Shown piece after piece: positions 10,001 through 21,840 of a DNA stretch of 64,000 nt (position 1 is the first letter of the stretch; every line of letters starts with the position of its first letter). Under the pieces are notes generated by a model that was not told the DNA's origin, ran no database searches, and saw only the letters and a list, made by a program, of their open reading frames with translations. Both the position numbers and the translations under genes were made by a program. The DNA lies in contig NC_133620.1 of NCBI RefSeq assembly GCF_048593235.1, positions 348,988,454 through 349,052,453 on the forward strand, written 5' to 3'. This DNA comes from Sminthopsis crassicaudata. Lineage: Eukaryota.

Positions 10001-13000
10001 GCGGCCGCTGCTCAGGTGGGGGCCCCGCTGGGCTGTTCTAGACAGAAACAGTTGTAGTACTCTGTGGGAAAAGGGAGAATTACGTCACTCACCACAAGCT
10101 GAAGTACAGGGGAGATAGAGTTTAGGATCATTGGCAGGGCAGAAGGCAAATTATAGAGTGATGGGGAGAGGCTTGAGGATGGAAGGTGGGCTAGATATAT
10201 TAGGAATGGGCTGGAGAAGAGAGCTGAATGGGCTATGTGTGATGGGAAGGGGCTTGAGGACCAAGGTGGGGTGGATTATGTAGCAAAAAAGCCTGGTGAT
10301 GGAGTCAAAGAAGCATGATGATAGTTTTGGGGTCAAATGCTTTTTTAATGGTGCAAGAAATGCACCTAGGTTGTGACCCAGGATTGTGACCTGATAACTA
10401 CAGGTACCAAAAGATTAGGCAGGGGGAGGGGAGGAGACCTGGAGTTGAGGTGGTCTTTGTTCTAAGGCTGTACCTGTATAGCTTGAGGGTGATGGTGCCA
10501 TATACTGTGACAAAGCCAAGCAGTCTCACCCAACGAAGAACAATGCATCGGAATATGCTTGGCTTGAAGTAGAGAATAAACACCTGAGGCAAATAGAAGA
10601 GAAAGTCAGGATTTATAACAGCTATTGTTAATCCCTTTATCCCATCCTGGATAGTTCCATCCCTTCACAATTTGGGGTGCTCTAAGGGAACCAATGTATG
10701 GGGTATTCCCCCCTCCCCATGATAGTTTCTAGCTGCTTTGAGAGAGGGAAGTGGATTAGGATAGGAAACATGGGGAGATGCAGAGGCCTGAGGAGGTGAT
10801 AAAGACCCTTGGAAAAAGGAAGGGATGTGAATACTTAAAGCTGGGTGGGAAGAACGGAGAAGGGAAGTGAAGGAAGACCCCACAAGGTCATAGACTCACA
10901 GGGAAGTAGAGCAACAGAGATCCAAAGAGGATGGTTTCCAGTAAGAGGACCCCAGACGCTCTGATGGTCTGCAAGCCCCAGAGAAAAGGAAGATTTTTGT
11001 GAGAAGACATGGCACTGGGCCAGGATGGATTGGGGCTCTCAGTTTTCTTTCAGCCTGTGGCTGTCCAGGTCCCACCCATGGCTCTGCCCCAGTCATTAAC
11101 ACCCCCCCCCAAGTATTGCTGTAGTTTGAGAACTAAGCCTAAAGTAATTTTAAAATTTCACCTCAGACCCTTCTAGCTGTGAGACCCCGGATAAATCACT
11201 TAGCTAATGCTTGCCTCGGTTTCCTTTGAGTACAAAATGGGGGTAACAGTTGCCCTTGCTCCACATGATTGTTGTGAGGACCAAATGAAATATTTGCAGA
11301 GAGCCCAGCATATGGTAGGTGCTCCAATGTTCTCTTTCATCGCCCAGCCACATCTCCAGCCCTTCCTTATTGTCCCCTCCCCTCCCCTTCCCCCAAATTT
11401 CATTTTTTCCACTTCCAGTCCTTGCCCCACTAACTCACAGCACTGATAAGTCTGGTCCCTCACTCCCTACTCTTCCCAGACTGGATGACAATGATCTCCC
11501 CTGGACATGGGCCCATTCAAACAGCACAGCTCACTGCTGGGGGGGGGGGGGTCCTAGGAAAATGTGCCTTGTTGGAAGTATGAGGTTGGAAAAGGGCAAT
11601 TGATGAGGAAGAACTCAGCTTGCCTTGCTCCTGCGGCAGTGGTAGGAAATCAGCATGCTGAGAAAGACGGCCAACATGCAGCAGGCTTGGCAAACCAACA
11701 CAGCTGCTCTGAGCACCTGTGTCTCCTCCACCAGGCACGGCGTGGCATCCACACAGCTGGCACAGCCTTCTGGGCACGGTTGGCACCGAATCAGTTGACT
11801 GGAGCTGCCTCGGAGAGCCCTGTACTGTCCTGTGGGCTCTGCATTGCTGTCACCTGCCCCTGTAAGAAAGGCTTCCAGTATGAGTCCCCCATTTTGAGGT
11901 TTCCGCCTAATGTCCCACCAGTACCTCCTTTTCCCCACTCTTGAGGCCATTGTTTCCCTTTCCTTTTGGCAGGCAGTGGGCAAATGATGAAGTAGAGACT
12001 TTAAAAAAAATCTTCATAGAGATATTTTAGACAATAAAAGTAAAAGAGAGGGACCTAGATTCCTGCTGATCCATATCGGATTTGACCTCCAAAAATAAAC
12101 ACATGCTCTGTTCTGGTTCCTGTCTTTCATCTTGACACTTTGTTCTTAACCCTTTTGCTCTTTCCCAACCCCTTACTTTGTTTCCCACAGGAATTTCAGG
12201 CCATTCCTCTCTTTCCCCTCCCAGGATATGCTCTCAGCCTCCACTCCTTTCTCCCCCACAGTGCTTTCTTAATCACTCAGTAAACATTTATTAAATAACT
12301 TCCTATGTAGTCTAAACACTGGGAACACATAAAGAGAAAAAAAAATCCCTGCCCTCAAAGAACTTATAGTCCAATAAGGGAGACAATATGAAAACAAATT
12401 TATACAAAGCAAGCTAAATACAGGATAAATGCATAATAAATGAAGGAAGCACTAGAAGGAAGGCTTCCAATATAAAAGAGGTGTAGGATGAGCATCAGTC
12501 ATCCCTGAGGAGGGAAAGTGTCCCAAGCATGACTGAGATTAGGTGGCTAGCCTAGGAAAAAAGGCACTATTGGCAAGATCTGAGGCACCTACCCATGGAA
12601 AGACTGGGTCCGTAGAAGCCTGGTCGGCAGCGGCAGAGGTAGCGGCCAAGGATGAAGCCACGATTCTCCAGGGGGACACACTGTGAAGAGAGTAAGACAC
12701 TGCATTGGTATGAGAAGTGGAAATTTCCAGGTTTTTTTAACCCCCCCCCCCAGAAAGAAATACCATTAAGACCCAGCTGCTCCGCAGGGAATTCTCTCCC
12801 CCTCCTTCCTACTTCTCTTTCCCTTTATTCCTCTGTCCCTGCCTGTGATTTTAGGTTTGGAATCAGGAGCAGACTTCTGCCCTCATAACTGGTCTATCTC
12901 TTTTTTTAATGGGTCCCTTTTGTTCTCTCCCCCAAAATCCAGCCCACTTGGCTCTCTGGTGGATGGAAAGGGGCCCCAAGGATACATAACTTTTTTCTGG

Positions 13001-14630
13001 GGCCATATGGCTTCAATGGCTTACACCTATCAGAAATGGGCAGAATAATGGGAGGTCAAAGCCAGCCTTTTATTTGTCCCCTATTCCTCAATCTGACCAA
13101 AATAAAGAAGAAATAAGCTTGAGTCTGGCATGAGGAATAAATGATCACATCTCAGCAAGTGATTCCCAAATCTATGTCTTGATCTTTAACTTCCCAGGGT
13201 TCTACCTTCAGGTTCCACCTCACAAAAAGTCAAGGAATAAATGCTTGTGGACGGACTTTTCCTTCCTCAAAATGTTTTCCTGGCTCTTTCTCTAATTTCT
13301 CTTTCTTTTGATAACCAAATATAGGTACAAAGGTTCTAATTTTTGTTCATCTTTGACTCTTCTCTCTTTCTCACCTCTTATAGTCATTCCATTGACAAAT
13401 CCAGTCCATTTTATTATCACACTTATCTTCCTCTCTACTTGCCCTGCCCTAGTTCAGACCCATCATTTTGTTTTTCTTAGCAAGAGAAAGTCTTTTCCCC
13501 ACTTTCTACCCCCAGTTTGTCCCTTTCCAATTCAGTTCATTTTAGTAAATGATTATTAAGATCCCACTATGATTTTTTAAATCAATTGCCCTTATCTTTA
13601 GGAGGAATTGAAAGGGTAGGTTTGGAGGACTGAACAGGAATTAGGAATTCATGAATGAGGAAACGGCCTCACCTGGCTGCATTGAAGGCAGCAAAGGAGA
13701 GCTTATTTTCTACTGAGAGATAAAACATGTAATCCAATAATAAAGATGAGACCATTTAATGAAGAAGTAAACACTTACAATCAGGGGATTGGGAAAGGTT
13801 TCTCATGGGGACTGAACCTTGAAGGAAATTAGGACTCCTGGGAGGTAGATGGAGAAAGGAGTACATTCCAGATTTTGGGAAAATAGCTTACGGCCAGTTC
13901 TATCACCTCCTCAATGATAGCCTCTCTGATTTCTCCAAAAGAAAAATTATCTTTTTCTTATCAATATTCTCATAACATTCTGTCTTGACTTCTACTTTTC
14001 ATTTGCAGATTCTGTATTGTCATTTATACATATATTTTCCCCTCCATTAGATTGGAAGGTCCTTGAGGGTAGATCTCTGTCTTATTTCATGACTCTTTTC
14101 CCAAAGCTTAGCATAGTATCATGTATATAATAAGTACCTTTTGAATTGAATTTGGTGAACTAATTCAGCAGGATGGAGCTTGGAGAGTCTTTGCCCAACC
14201 TCTGACATTATCCCAAAAGAGAAATAAATGGTAGGAGAGAAGAAAGATGGGAGAGAGATTGCATTCCCATTGGTTTAGTGGGCTAGAGAAATGATAATGA
14301 AATCAAGCTCATTATAAAAACTATGTCCCTCTCATAACCACTTACTTTCTATAGAATTTGGCTGTTGTCTATTCCTAAGAATTATCCAGTTGTCTCACAC
14401 ATTAGATACTACAGATGTCCCCCAGATATGGATGATTCAGAATGAGTCTATCCCTTTTCCTGAAGAAACCACTCCACTCACACACCTACTGATGAGTCAG
14501 AACATCTTTGTAAAGGAAGGATAATTCTGGGTGTCCCCCCAAATGTATATATATTCCAATTGGCTCATAACTTTGTAAAGTCTTTGCTTTTTTTCCCAGA
14601 AAATAAAGTGTATGTATATATATGTATATG

Positions 14631-14672
<42 letters not shown>

Positions 14673-17600
14673 GGTGATAGCCACTTTTGGGGGGCTACCC
14701 TCTATGTGGGTACATGTCCTCATCTCTATTGCATTTTAGAGAAATCTCCACTAGAACGAAGGCCTTGGATTGACTTTTACCCAAGGCAGATAGGAGAATT
14801 CCTAGAATCAGGACCATCAATTTTGAACTGGGAGAGACTTCAGAGGTTATCTCTTATCTGAACCCCACATTTTATAGATGAGGAAACTGAATCCCAGAGG
14901 GATTAAACAATTGGCTGGAGGTTCACAAAGAAAGGAAATGGCAGAGCTGAGATTTCAGCCCAGGTCTCCTGACTCTAAATCAGTTATTAAGTACCTACTA
15001 TATTCTGGGCACTCTGCTGAATGCAAAGGCTGTGAAGACAAAATTCAAACAATCCAAACTTTCAATGAATCCACACTCTTCCTCCATGCTGTTAGAATAA
15101 ACGTGTCCGAGGGCAGATTTGAACTCAGGTCCTCCTGACTTCAGGGCTGGTGCTCTATGCACTGCACCACCTGCTCCTAAGTAATCCCTTGTCTCATCTA
15201 TTACCTCTTCTTAGCTCCACTCCATTACTCATAGTGCCTCAGTACTGACCCCTGTAGTTGCCAATTTATTTTTTCCTCTTCTCTGTGTCTCTCCCTATAG
15301 TGTTTTCTGTTCCCCGGGCACCAGGAAAGGTCTCTGAAACACTGAAAAGGATATGTACCAGACACATTGGCAGCTATAGGGGAAATAGTTGGGGAAAGCA
15401 CACAAGAGGAATCTCTTGAAATCTTCTCCCCTAATCCTGGACCCTTGGGGCTCAGCAAGCTGGGAGAATTTGAGGATTAGCTCATTTCTTCTGTTTCTGG
15501 GACTTAGGGGATGGATAAAAAGAAATGGGGCATGGACTGAAATCCTGGAACAGGGAATCTCTCCCCATGCCCCCCTCACCTCATTCCATCCATACCTGGG
15601 TACTATTGAGGTCACACTGGTGTGTATTGGAGAACCAGCCAGGGCCACTGGCACACTGATCGATGTCCACACTCTGAAGCTCTACATCCATCTGCACCAA
15701 CCCCCTGAAGGAGAAAGTACCGGGAATGGACCATCCTGTCTGTACCGTCTTCCTCCTGGCCACACTTGTATGGGAGAGTCTCTCTCCCATGAACACTTCC
15801 CACCCCTACTTCTGCCCCTTCCTTGTGCTTTTCTGCTGCTTTGATGGCTCTCTAAGTGTGGGGATGAAAGGGGAATTTTGTCTAGGATGGACGTACCTGG
15901 GCTGTAAACCCTATTCCCAGCCCATGTCTAGGGGAAAGGAGGAGTCTAAGCCTGGTGGAGCTGGGCACTATCAGTATGAGGGCTCAGTTCAGAGACCTGG
16001 GACACACCTCCCTCCTCTCCCCACACGGAGAATGTGTTAATTGTCACACAGAGGTGTTGATGAATCAGAGCATCTCTGAGCCCTGCTTAGCTGCTCACAC
16101 TCTCTTCCCTGCTCTGGGAGAGGGCTGGGCCCAGAAAAGGCAGGTGCTTGCTAGGTGAAGAGGCATCCTGCTTGGGGGTAAGATGGGGAGCCAGCAACCA
16201 GAAGTGAAATGAGCACCTGAGCCGACCCCCCTGCCCTAGCCCGGGCTGACGCCGTGAAGTCCGCCTAGCTTGCCCAATAGCAGTTTGAGGGCTTAGGGGT
16301 CCCAGGTTCTCTGTTTGATTTGGGGCCTTGGGTGCTCCAGGCCAAGGAGAGCTGGTCCTCCTCTTGTTAATGGGCATTGCACCGTATAATAAAATTGGGA
16401 ACCTGAGATACTGGGAAAAATCCAAAAGGATTTGGAAGCTGAGGGGCCTTCCAGAGGAACTTTAGGAAGGTCCTCTCTGTGTGTTTCAGTGGTCAAGAGA
16501 CAACTTGCAGGTGAGCTCCCTCTGGAACTTGGAAGTTAGGGCTGTATATAGCCCTTATTTTTCTCCTTTCTTCCCATCTTCCACGTAACAGAAAAGTGCT
16601 CACTGGTTTGCACACATCTCTACACAAAGATAAATGGACACCCATCTGTACATGCATACCTACATACACATGAACATATGGGCAACTGCACATACTTGTA
16701 CATACCTGTACGCAAACCTGGGCAAATGGAGCTATATTTGTGTACAAACCCAAACATGAATACATATGCATATAAATACTTGTTGATTGCTATGCAAATA
16801 AATATGCCAGCATGAGTAGGTAGATAAATTATACATCTAGACAAAAATATGTCTATATGGCTATATCTACATCCACACATAGATTCTAAAGCATATACAT
16901 ACACATACCAGTATGTTTGCACATCTACATAAGCATATATTTACATGTATGCATATTTATGCATATATTTATGCAAAATATGCATATATTTTACTTATAT
17001 AAATAGCATACATGTGTGTACATATTTATGTTTGTATACATGTTATTTATACACAAATGCATAAGTAAAAATATACTCACCTGACCTCAGGACTAAGATC
17101 TGGCTTGAGTCCATAGAAGGTAGTTGAAAGCTCAATTAGCCAGCCAGGTCGGAGTCGACCTCCTTGACACTCCAGAAAAGGGGGTGAGAGGCGAACGTGA
17201 CTTGTGTCACCTACATACCCATCCCCTCGTGGCCATTTGGGGCTGTCCAGGCTGCCCAGGTCATTGCTCAGTACCCGCTTTTTTAGGCCCATGGTGACCC
17301 CAACACCAGCTGACCTTGCTTCCTGGACTCTGGCCATTGATAAATCCTGCAAGAGTGTCTCCTCTCCTATCCTGGTGGCTCGGAGGGCCAGCTGAGACAC
17401 AGTAGCCCCGGGAGCTGGATTGAAAGTCAAAGACGCCCGGTATGCCTTGGGGTCCCCCTCAGCCACGCTTCGTACCAATGCCTGGTACCACTCTATGTCC
17501 TCCTCCACACTGGACTCCCGGATGTCATTGGCCTGTAGCAGCATGTTGAGGAAGTTTGCTGCTTGCGCCAGGGTGCCCGCAGCTCCCTGCAGGATTGGGG

Positions 17601-17880
17601 GGAGTCCCACGCTGCCCCCAGCTCCTTGTGCCTCATACCGCCCACTACAGTTGGCTCCAGCCAGTTTTTGGGCATCCCCAGAGTAAAGGAAAGCCAAAGC
17701 TGCCTCTGCCCCTTCTGGAGGTGCCCAAGTGGGCACAGCTCCTAGTTTGCCTTGGGAAGCCAGCAGAGGTAGAGATCGAGAGTCTCGGGGACCAGCCAAG
17801 GCCCAGTCACAGAAGAAACACCAGCTCAGTAGCCCCCAAATGCCAAGAGCCCTCATCTGTGCCCTGATGCCCATCCTCAT
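1950..17880 (-). CDS. GPR179: GPR179 complete gene: join(17880-17081,15704-15596,12680-12593,11859-11624,10968-10900,10583-10474,10061-9823,9597-9459,8961-8856,8198-8052,7034-1950); 7128 nt, ~2375 aa
   Basis: Each exon translates to recognisable GPR179/GPR158-family sequence: signal peptide, Cache-like ectodomain, EGF-like Cys region, 7TM and long CPWE-rich tail. Splice sites were read directly and phases are consistent throughout. Internal exon sizes 109/88/236/69/110/239/139/106/147 match the human structure as I recall it. Position head-to-head with SOCS7 matches known synteny. Confidence 0.97.
8052..8198 (-). CDS. GPR179: GPR179 exon 10, 147 nt
   Basis: ctctag/TTCCTG... FLTPGIPPREEIAAEVYEDELDLQRSGSCLNSSIASAWSEYSLDPGDIR; donor /gtgtgt. 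Confidence 0.95.
8856..8961 (-). CDS. GPR179: GPR179 exon 9, 106 nt (TM7)
   Basis: cacag/G TTT GCC... FALVPSLHPDWTLLLFFIHTHGTVTMTLALLFIPK; donor /gtgaag. Confidence 0.95.
9459..9597 (-). CDS. GPR179: GPR179 exon 8, 139 nt
   Basis: AAG acceptor (cctccaag/CTGAG); AEMLLLCWGSFLCYATRAVPSAFHEPRYMGIALHNELL...AA(R); donor /gtgagg. Confidence 0.94.
9823..10061 (-). CDS. GPR179: GPR179 exon 7, 239 nt
   Basis: cacag/A GTA CTA... VLQLFLSRTAQR...HFYLCHYDRWDYIMVV; open when translated by hand; donor /gtgaga. Confidence 0.95.
10474..10583 (-). CDS. GPR179: GPR179 exon 6, 110 nt
   Basis: cctcag/GTGTTT... VFILYFKPSIFRCIVLRWVRLLGFVTVYGTITLKLY(R); donor /gtacag. Confidence 0.95.
10900..10968 (-). CDS. GPR179: GPR179 exon 5, 69 nt (not in ORF track)
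   Basis: ttgcag/ACCATC... TIRASGVLLLETILFGSLLLYFP; donor /gtgagt. Confidence 0.95.
11175..11330 (+). mobile_element. MIR/CORE-SINE fragment (GPR179 intron 4)
   Basis: ctgtgagaccccggataaatcactta...gtttcc...aaaatgggggtaac...gttgtgaggaccaaatga. Confidence 0.75.
11624..11859 (-). CDS. GPR179: GPR179 exon 4, 236 nt (TM1), GC donor
   Basis: cttacag/GGGCA... CQPCPEGCASCVDATPCLVEE...LISYHCRRSK; donor AAG/GCAAGC. Confidence 0.93.
12273..12480. mobile_element. L2 LINE 3' fragment
   Basis: cagtaaacatttattaaata...ccctgccctcaaagaacttatagtc resembles a typical L2 end; further L2-like pieces at ~13380-14150. Confidence 0.6.
12593..12680 (-). CDS. GPR179: GPR179 exon 3, 88 nt (not in ORF track)
   Basis: ttcacag/TGTGTC... 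CVPLENRGFILGRYLCRCRPGFYGPSLSM G; donor /gtaggt. Confidence 0.95.
14633..14668. repeat. (CA)n microsatellite
   Basis: Read directly. Confidence 0.95.
14810..14990 (-). mobile_element. MIR/CORE-SINE
   Basis: cattttatagatgaggaaactga...aggtctcctgactctaaatc. Confidence 0.75.
15104..15178 (-). mobile_element. WSINE1 5' fragment
   Basis: gatttgaactcaggtcctcctgacttcagggctggtgctctatgcactgcaccacct. Confidence 0.8.
15596..15704 (-). CDS. GPR179: GPR179 exon 2, 109 nt
   Basis: cttcag/G GGG TTG... GLVQMDVELQSVDIDQCASGPGWFSNTHQCDLNSTQ; donor /gtatgg. Confidence 0.96.
16640..17070. repeat. Degenerate (TA/CA/TG) alternating purine-pyrimidine tract abutting the GPR179 exon 1 donor
   Basis: Runs such as tacatacacatgaacatatg and gcatatatttatgcatatatttatgc up to ~10 nt from the donor. 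Confidence 0.7.
17081..17880 (-). CDS. GPR179: GPR179 exon 1 (signal peptide, ectodomain N-half), 800 nt
   Basis: ORF 17077-17880 MRMGIRAQ...LQANDIRESSVEEDIEWYQALVRS...KPDLSPEVR; donor AG/GTGAGT after 17081. The second ATG (17874, aggATGg, strong Kozak) may be the real start. Confidence 0.96.
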
Positions 17881-18260
17881 GCCAACTGCAATGGATTTCC
17901 CAGCCTCGGAGAGACTTCAGAATCCAGGTCACCCGAGGAGGAAAGCAGTTCAGCAAACTCTGGGAAGTGGCTGGCTGCAACCTGGGGAAATGATTGTCTT
18001 CATGCGTGCTGAAAATGTGCCTTTCCCTCCTGCTCCCTCCGTCTCTCTATCTCTGTCTCAGGCTCAAGCTATCTCAGCTGTTTTTCCTTTCTCTTTAACT
18101 AACGTCATAGGCTGGCTCCTAGACGTAGGCAAAGGGGCCCTGCCCCTTCTCCCTCTCTAAGCACCCCCCACCTCAGAAACACTTAATCCTAACAGAACAT
18201 CAGCCCCCCTCAATTCAGCCTACCTCCTCCCCCATCTCCACATCTGCTCCAAATACAGAT
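17881..18260 (-). promoter_or_regulatory. Probable GPR179 5'UTR and proximal promoter
   Basis: Non-repetitive sequence directly upstream of the ATG; CTTAATCCT at 18182-18190 and CTAAGC at 18157-18162. TSS not determinable. Confidence 0.45.
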
Positions 18261-19795
18261 ACAGATGGGATGAAAGGGANNNNNNNNNNNNNNNNNNNNN
18301 NNNNNNNNNNNNNNNNNNNNNNNNNNNNNNNNNNNNNNNNNNNNNNNNNNNNNNNNNNNNNNNNNNNNNNNNNNNNNNNNNNNNNNNNNNNNNNNNNNNN
18401 NNNNNNNNNNNNNNNNNNNNNNNNNNNNNNNNNNNNNNNNNNNNNNNNNNNNNNNNNNNNNNNNNNNNNNNNNNNTTAGGAGAAATGGGCAAATCCGGGA
18501 TGGGGAGCCATAGCAACCGTGAGTGAGCTGTTGCCCCCCTTCCCACACCTATGCTCTATTCAGCCTTGTGGCAAGAACTGTATTAGGCTTGAAGAACAAC
18601 CAGGTTGTGTCCCCAGACAAGCCACTGTTGCCTCTTCTCTCCCCTAAATTTGGATCCATATGGGGGTCAGTAGGGATTGGCAAAGGTTTGGAATGGTTTC
18701 TGGGACCAGGGATCATAACAATACTAATAACATAGCTGAATAGCAATTTAAATTTACTAATTTAATTTGCGAAGCTCTTTCCTCATCACAATACTATGAA
18801 GTAGGTAGTGGAAATATAACTGCTTTCATTCATTGGGAATCATCTGTTGTGTCCAAATAAAATGTCCCAGTATATTCATTAAGTATCTGAATACCCTCAT
18901 TTTACAAGTATGGCACTGACACTCAGAAAGACAAAGCACTAACCTAGCATCACCCAGCTAGAAAGCAAGCCTCTGAATCATACTGTAAGACTCTGCTCTC
19001 CACTGCAACACACCATAATAAGATTAGAACTGGAAGGGATCCTCTCTACATCCTTGCTTTATGAAAGAGGAAACGGGCTCAGAAAACATGAGAATTGCCC
19101 AAGACCATGCAACAGGTGGACAGCAAAACCAGGACTAAATGCAGCAGCAGCTGCTGTAAAAAAAGAATACTAATGATGCCTGATGAGAGACATAAAGGTT
19201 CTTTTCATGGTTTTAGAAGTTAGAATGTAAGCTTCTTAAGGCCAGGNNNNNNNNNNNNNNNNNNNNNNNNNNNNNNNNNNNNNNNNNNNNNNNNNNNNNN
19301 NNNNNNNNNNNNNNNNNNNNNNNNNNNNNNNNNNNNNNNNNNNNNNNNNNNNNNNNNNNNNNNNNNNNNNNNNNNNNNNNNNNNNNNNNNNNNNNNNNNN
19401 NNNNNNNNNNNNNNNNNNNNNNNNNNNNNNNNNNNNNNNNNNNNNNNNNNNNNNNNNNNNNNNNNNNNNNNNNNNNNNNNNNNNNNNNNNNNNNNNNNNN
19501 NNNNNNNNNNNNNNNNNNNNNNNNNNNNNTNNNNNNNNNNNNNNNNNNNNNNNNNNNNNNNNNNNNNNNNNNNNNNNNNNNNNNNNNNNNNNNNNNNNNN
19601 NNNNNNNNNNNNNNNNNNNNNNNNNNNNNNNNNNNNNNNNNNNNNNNNNNNNNNNNNNNNNNNNNNNNNNNNNNNNNNNNNNNNNNNNNNNNNNNNNNNN
19701 NNNNNNNNNNNNNNNNNNNNNNNNNNNNNNNNNNNNNNNNNNNNNNNNNNNNNNNNNNNNNNNNNNNNNNNNNNNNNNNNNNNNNNNNNNNNNNN

Positions 19796-19887
19796 TCCTT
19801 CTTTCCCTCCCATGTTCTTTCCTTCCTTCCTTCTTTCCCTCCCATGTTTCTTCCTTCCTTCCTTCTCATCTTCCTTCCTTCTCATCT
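19796..19887. repeat. (TTCC)n-derived pyrimidine repeat between gaps
   Basis: ctttccctcccatgtt and cttccttccttctcatct units, each seen twice. Confidence 0.85.
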
Positions 19888-20940
19888 NNNNNNNNNNNNN
19901 NNNNNNNNNNNNNNNNNNNNNNNNNNNNNNNNNNNNNNNNNNNNNNNNNNNNNNNNNNNNNNNNNNNNNNNNNNNNNNNNNNNNNNNNNNNNNNNNNNNN
20001 NNNNNNNNNNNNNNNNNNNNNNNNNNNNNNNNNNNNNNNNNNNNNNNNNNNNNNNNNNNNNNNNNNNNNNNNNNNNNNNNNNNNNNNNNNNNNNNNNNNN
20101 NNNNNNNNNNNNNNNNNNNNNNNNNNNNNNNNNNNNNNNNNNNNNNNNNNNNNNNNNNNNNNNNNNTTAATAAATATAATCTGTCAAATGGTTTTAAGTT
20201 CATCTTCTCCCCCTCCTTCTTCCTTTGTTGGTTTTTATTCTGTGATGCTAATCCTCCTGATCTTCCCCAAGTGAGGAGGGGGCCCTGAACATTAGTGCCT
20301 GTGTCTCTGGGTCCCAGATGTCTGAGACAAGCTCATGTGGCTGGAATAGCAGGGTACCTGTGGGAGGCCCCCACAACAAAGTCCTTTCCTTCCCTTCCAT
20401 TCTCCAGTGACCTTTTCTATCATTGATGACTCCCCCCTACCTTCCAGGCTGTTTCCTGCCCCAGATTTACATTTCCCTTTGATAGAGGTGAAATTTGTTT
20501 TCTTCTTCTACCTTTATTAATCTCATTCCTTGGCTATCCTCAATCCTTGATGCCCCTAAATTGGTTATAAGGGAAGAAAAAAGTGGGTAATTTGAATGAC
20601 TTTTGACCCCACACAAAGAACTTCCAGTTCCCATCAGTATGTCCCAAATCTAATGCTTATTCAGCCTAAACAGGGGTTCAAACAGCAGAGAAAAAATGGA
20701 GATGAAACTGATGAAGGCAACATAGTATGATGTATTTAGGGTTGGACTTGGAGGCCAAAGATCTGGGTTTGAATTTCTCTTACTATTTGTTCAAAAGCAA
20801 GGCCTTTAACTTCTCAGAGCCTCTACATTCTCATTTGTAAAATGGAGATAATGTTTTCAATATCTACTTTACAGGATTATTATAAAGAAAGTGTTTTAAG
20901 TTAGGATTATTTGGATTATTATTTGAATTATTAAGCCTGA

Positions 20941-21075
20941 TTTTTTTTCCCCTGAGGCAATTGGGGTTAAGTGACTTGCCCAGGGTTACACAGGTAGGAA
21001 ATGTTAAGTGTCTGAGACCAGATTTGAACTCAGGACTACGTGACTTCAGGGGTGGTGCTCTATCTACTTCAGCCT
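20941..21075 (-). mobile_element. WSINE1-type SINE, slightly 5'-truncated
   Basis: T-tail, ctgaggcaattggggttaagtgacttgcccaggg...gatttgaactcagg; possible TSD agcctgat. Confidence 0.88.
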
Positions 21076-21397
21076 GATATCTTTATGATATCTTTTGGTT
21101 GATTAACAGGGCTGTGTGAGTTCTGAATGAACCAATCAGGGATCATAATATCACTGTCTAGCAAAATCATAGAATAGTAGAGATGAATAGACTCCAGAGA
21201 GCATCTCATCCAATCTCTTCTTTTTTATTTTATATTTTGTAGGAAATAATTGTATTTCTATCATCTTTTGTTTTTATGTTACTTATATTTTCTATTGTAT
21301 CTTTCTTCCAATTTTCCCAGAGAGATCCTTTATAATTAAGATTAACATCATAAAGCTGTTTTTTATAATAAGGAATTTTAATTTTTAGAAAATGAAG

Positions 21398-21471
21398 AGA
21401 GGCAGCTAGGTGGCGCAGTGGATAGAGCACCAGCCTTGAATTCAGGAGGACCAGAGTTCAAATGTGGTCTC
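21398..21471 (+). mobile_element. WSINE1 head running into a gap
   Basis: ggcagctaggtggcgcagtggatagagcaccagccttgaattcaggaggaccagagttcaaat. Confidence 0.9.
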
Positions 21472-21840
21472 NNNNNNNNNNNNNNNNNNNNNNNNNNNNN
21501 NNNNNNNNNNNNNNNNNNNNNNNNNNNNNNNNNNNNNNNNNNNNNNNNNNNNNNNNNNNNNNNNNNNNNNNNNNNNNNNNNNNNNNNNNNNNNNNNNNNN
21601 NNNNNNNNNNNNNNNNNNNAATCAACATAAAGGAAATATCTGATGTTACATTACAGTATTCCAAGCCCATGGTAGTTTGGGGTCCAGCTTGGTTACTATA
21701 AATTCATAGCTTTCAGTTTCCATTGTTTTACTTTGTTGTTGTTATTCTTTCAATTAACATTATTGTAATCACTGTCTATATTATTTTCCTGGTTCTGCTA
21801 GTTTCAATTTTCATCAGTTCATTAAATCTTCCCATACTTC

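Noticed and set aside
17204-18160. Antisense ORFs over GPR179 exon 1
   Set aside because: Shadows of coding sequence with no independent evidence.
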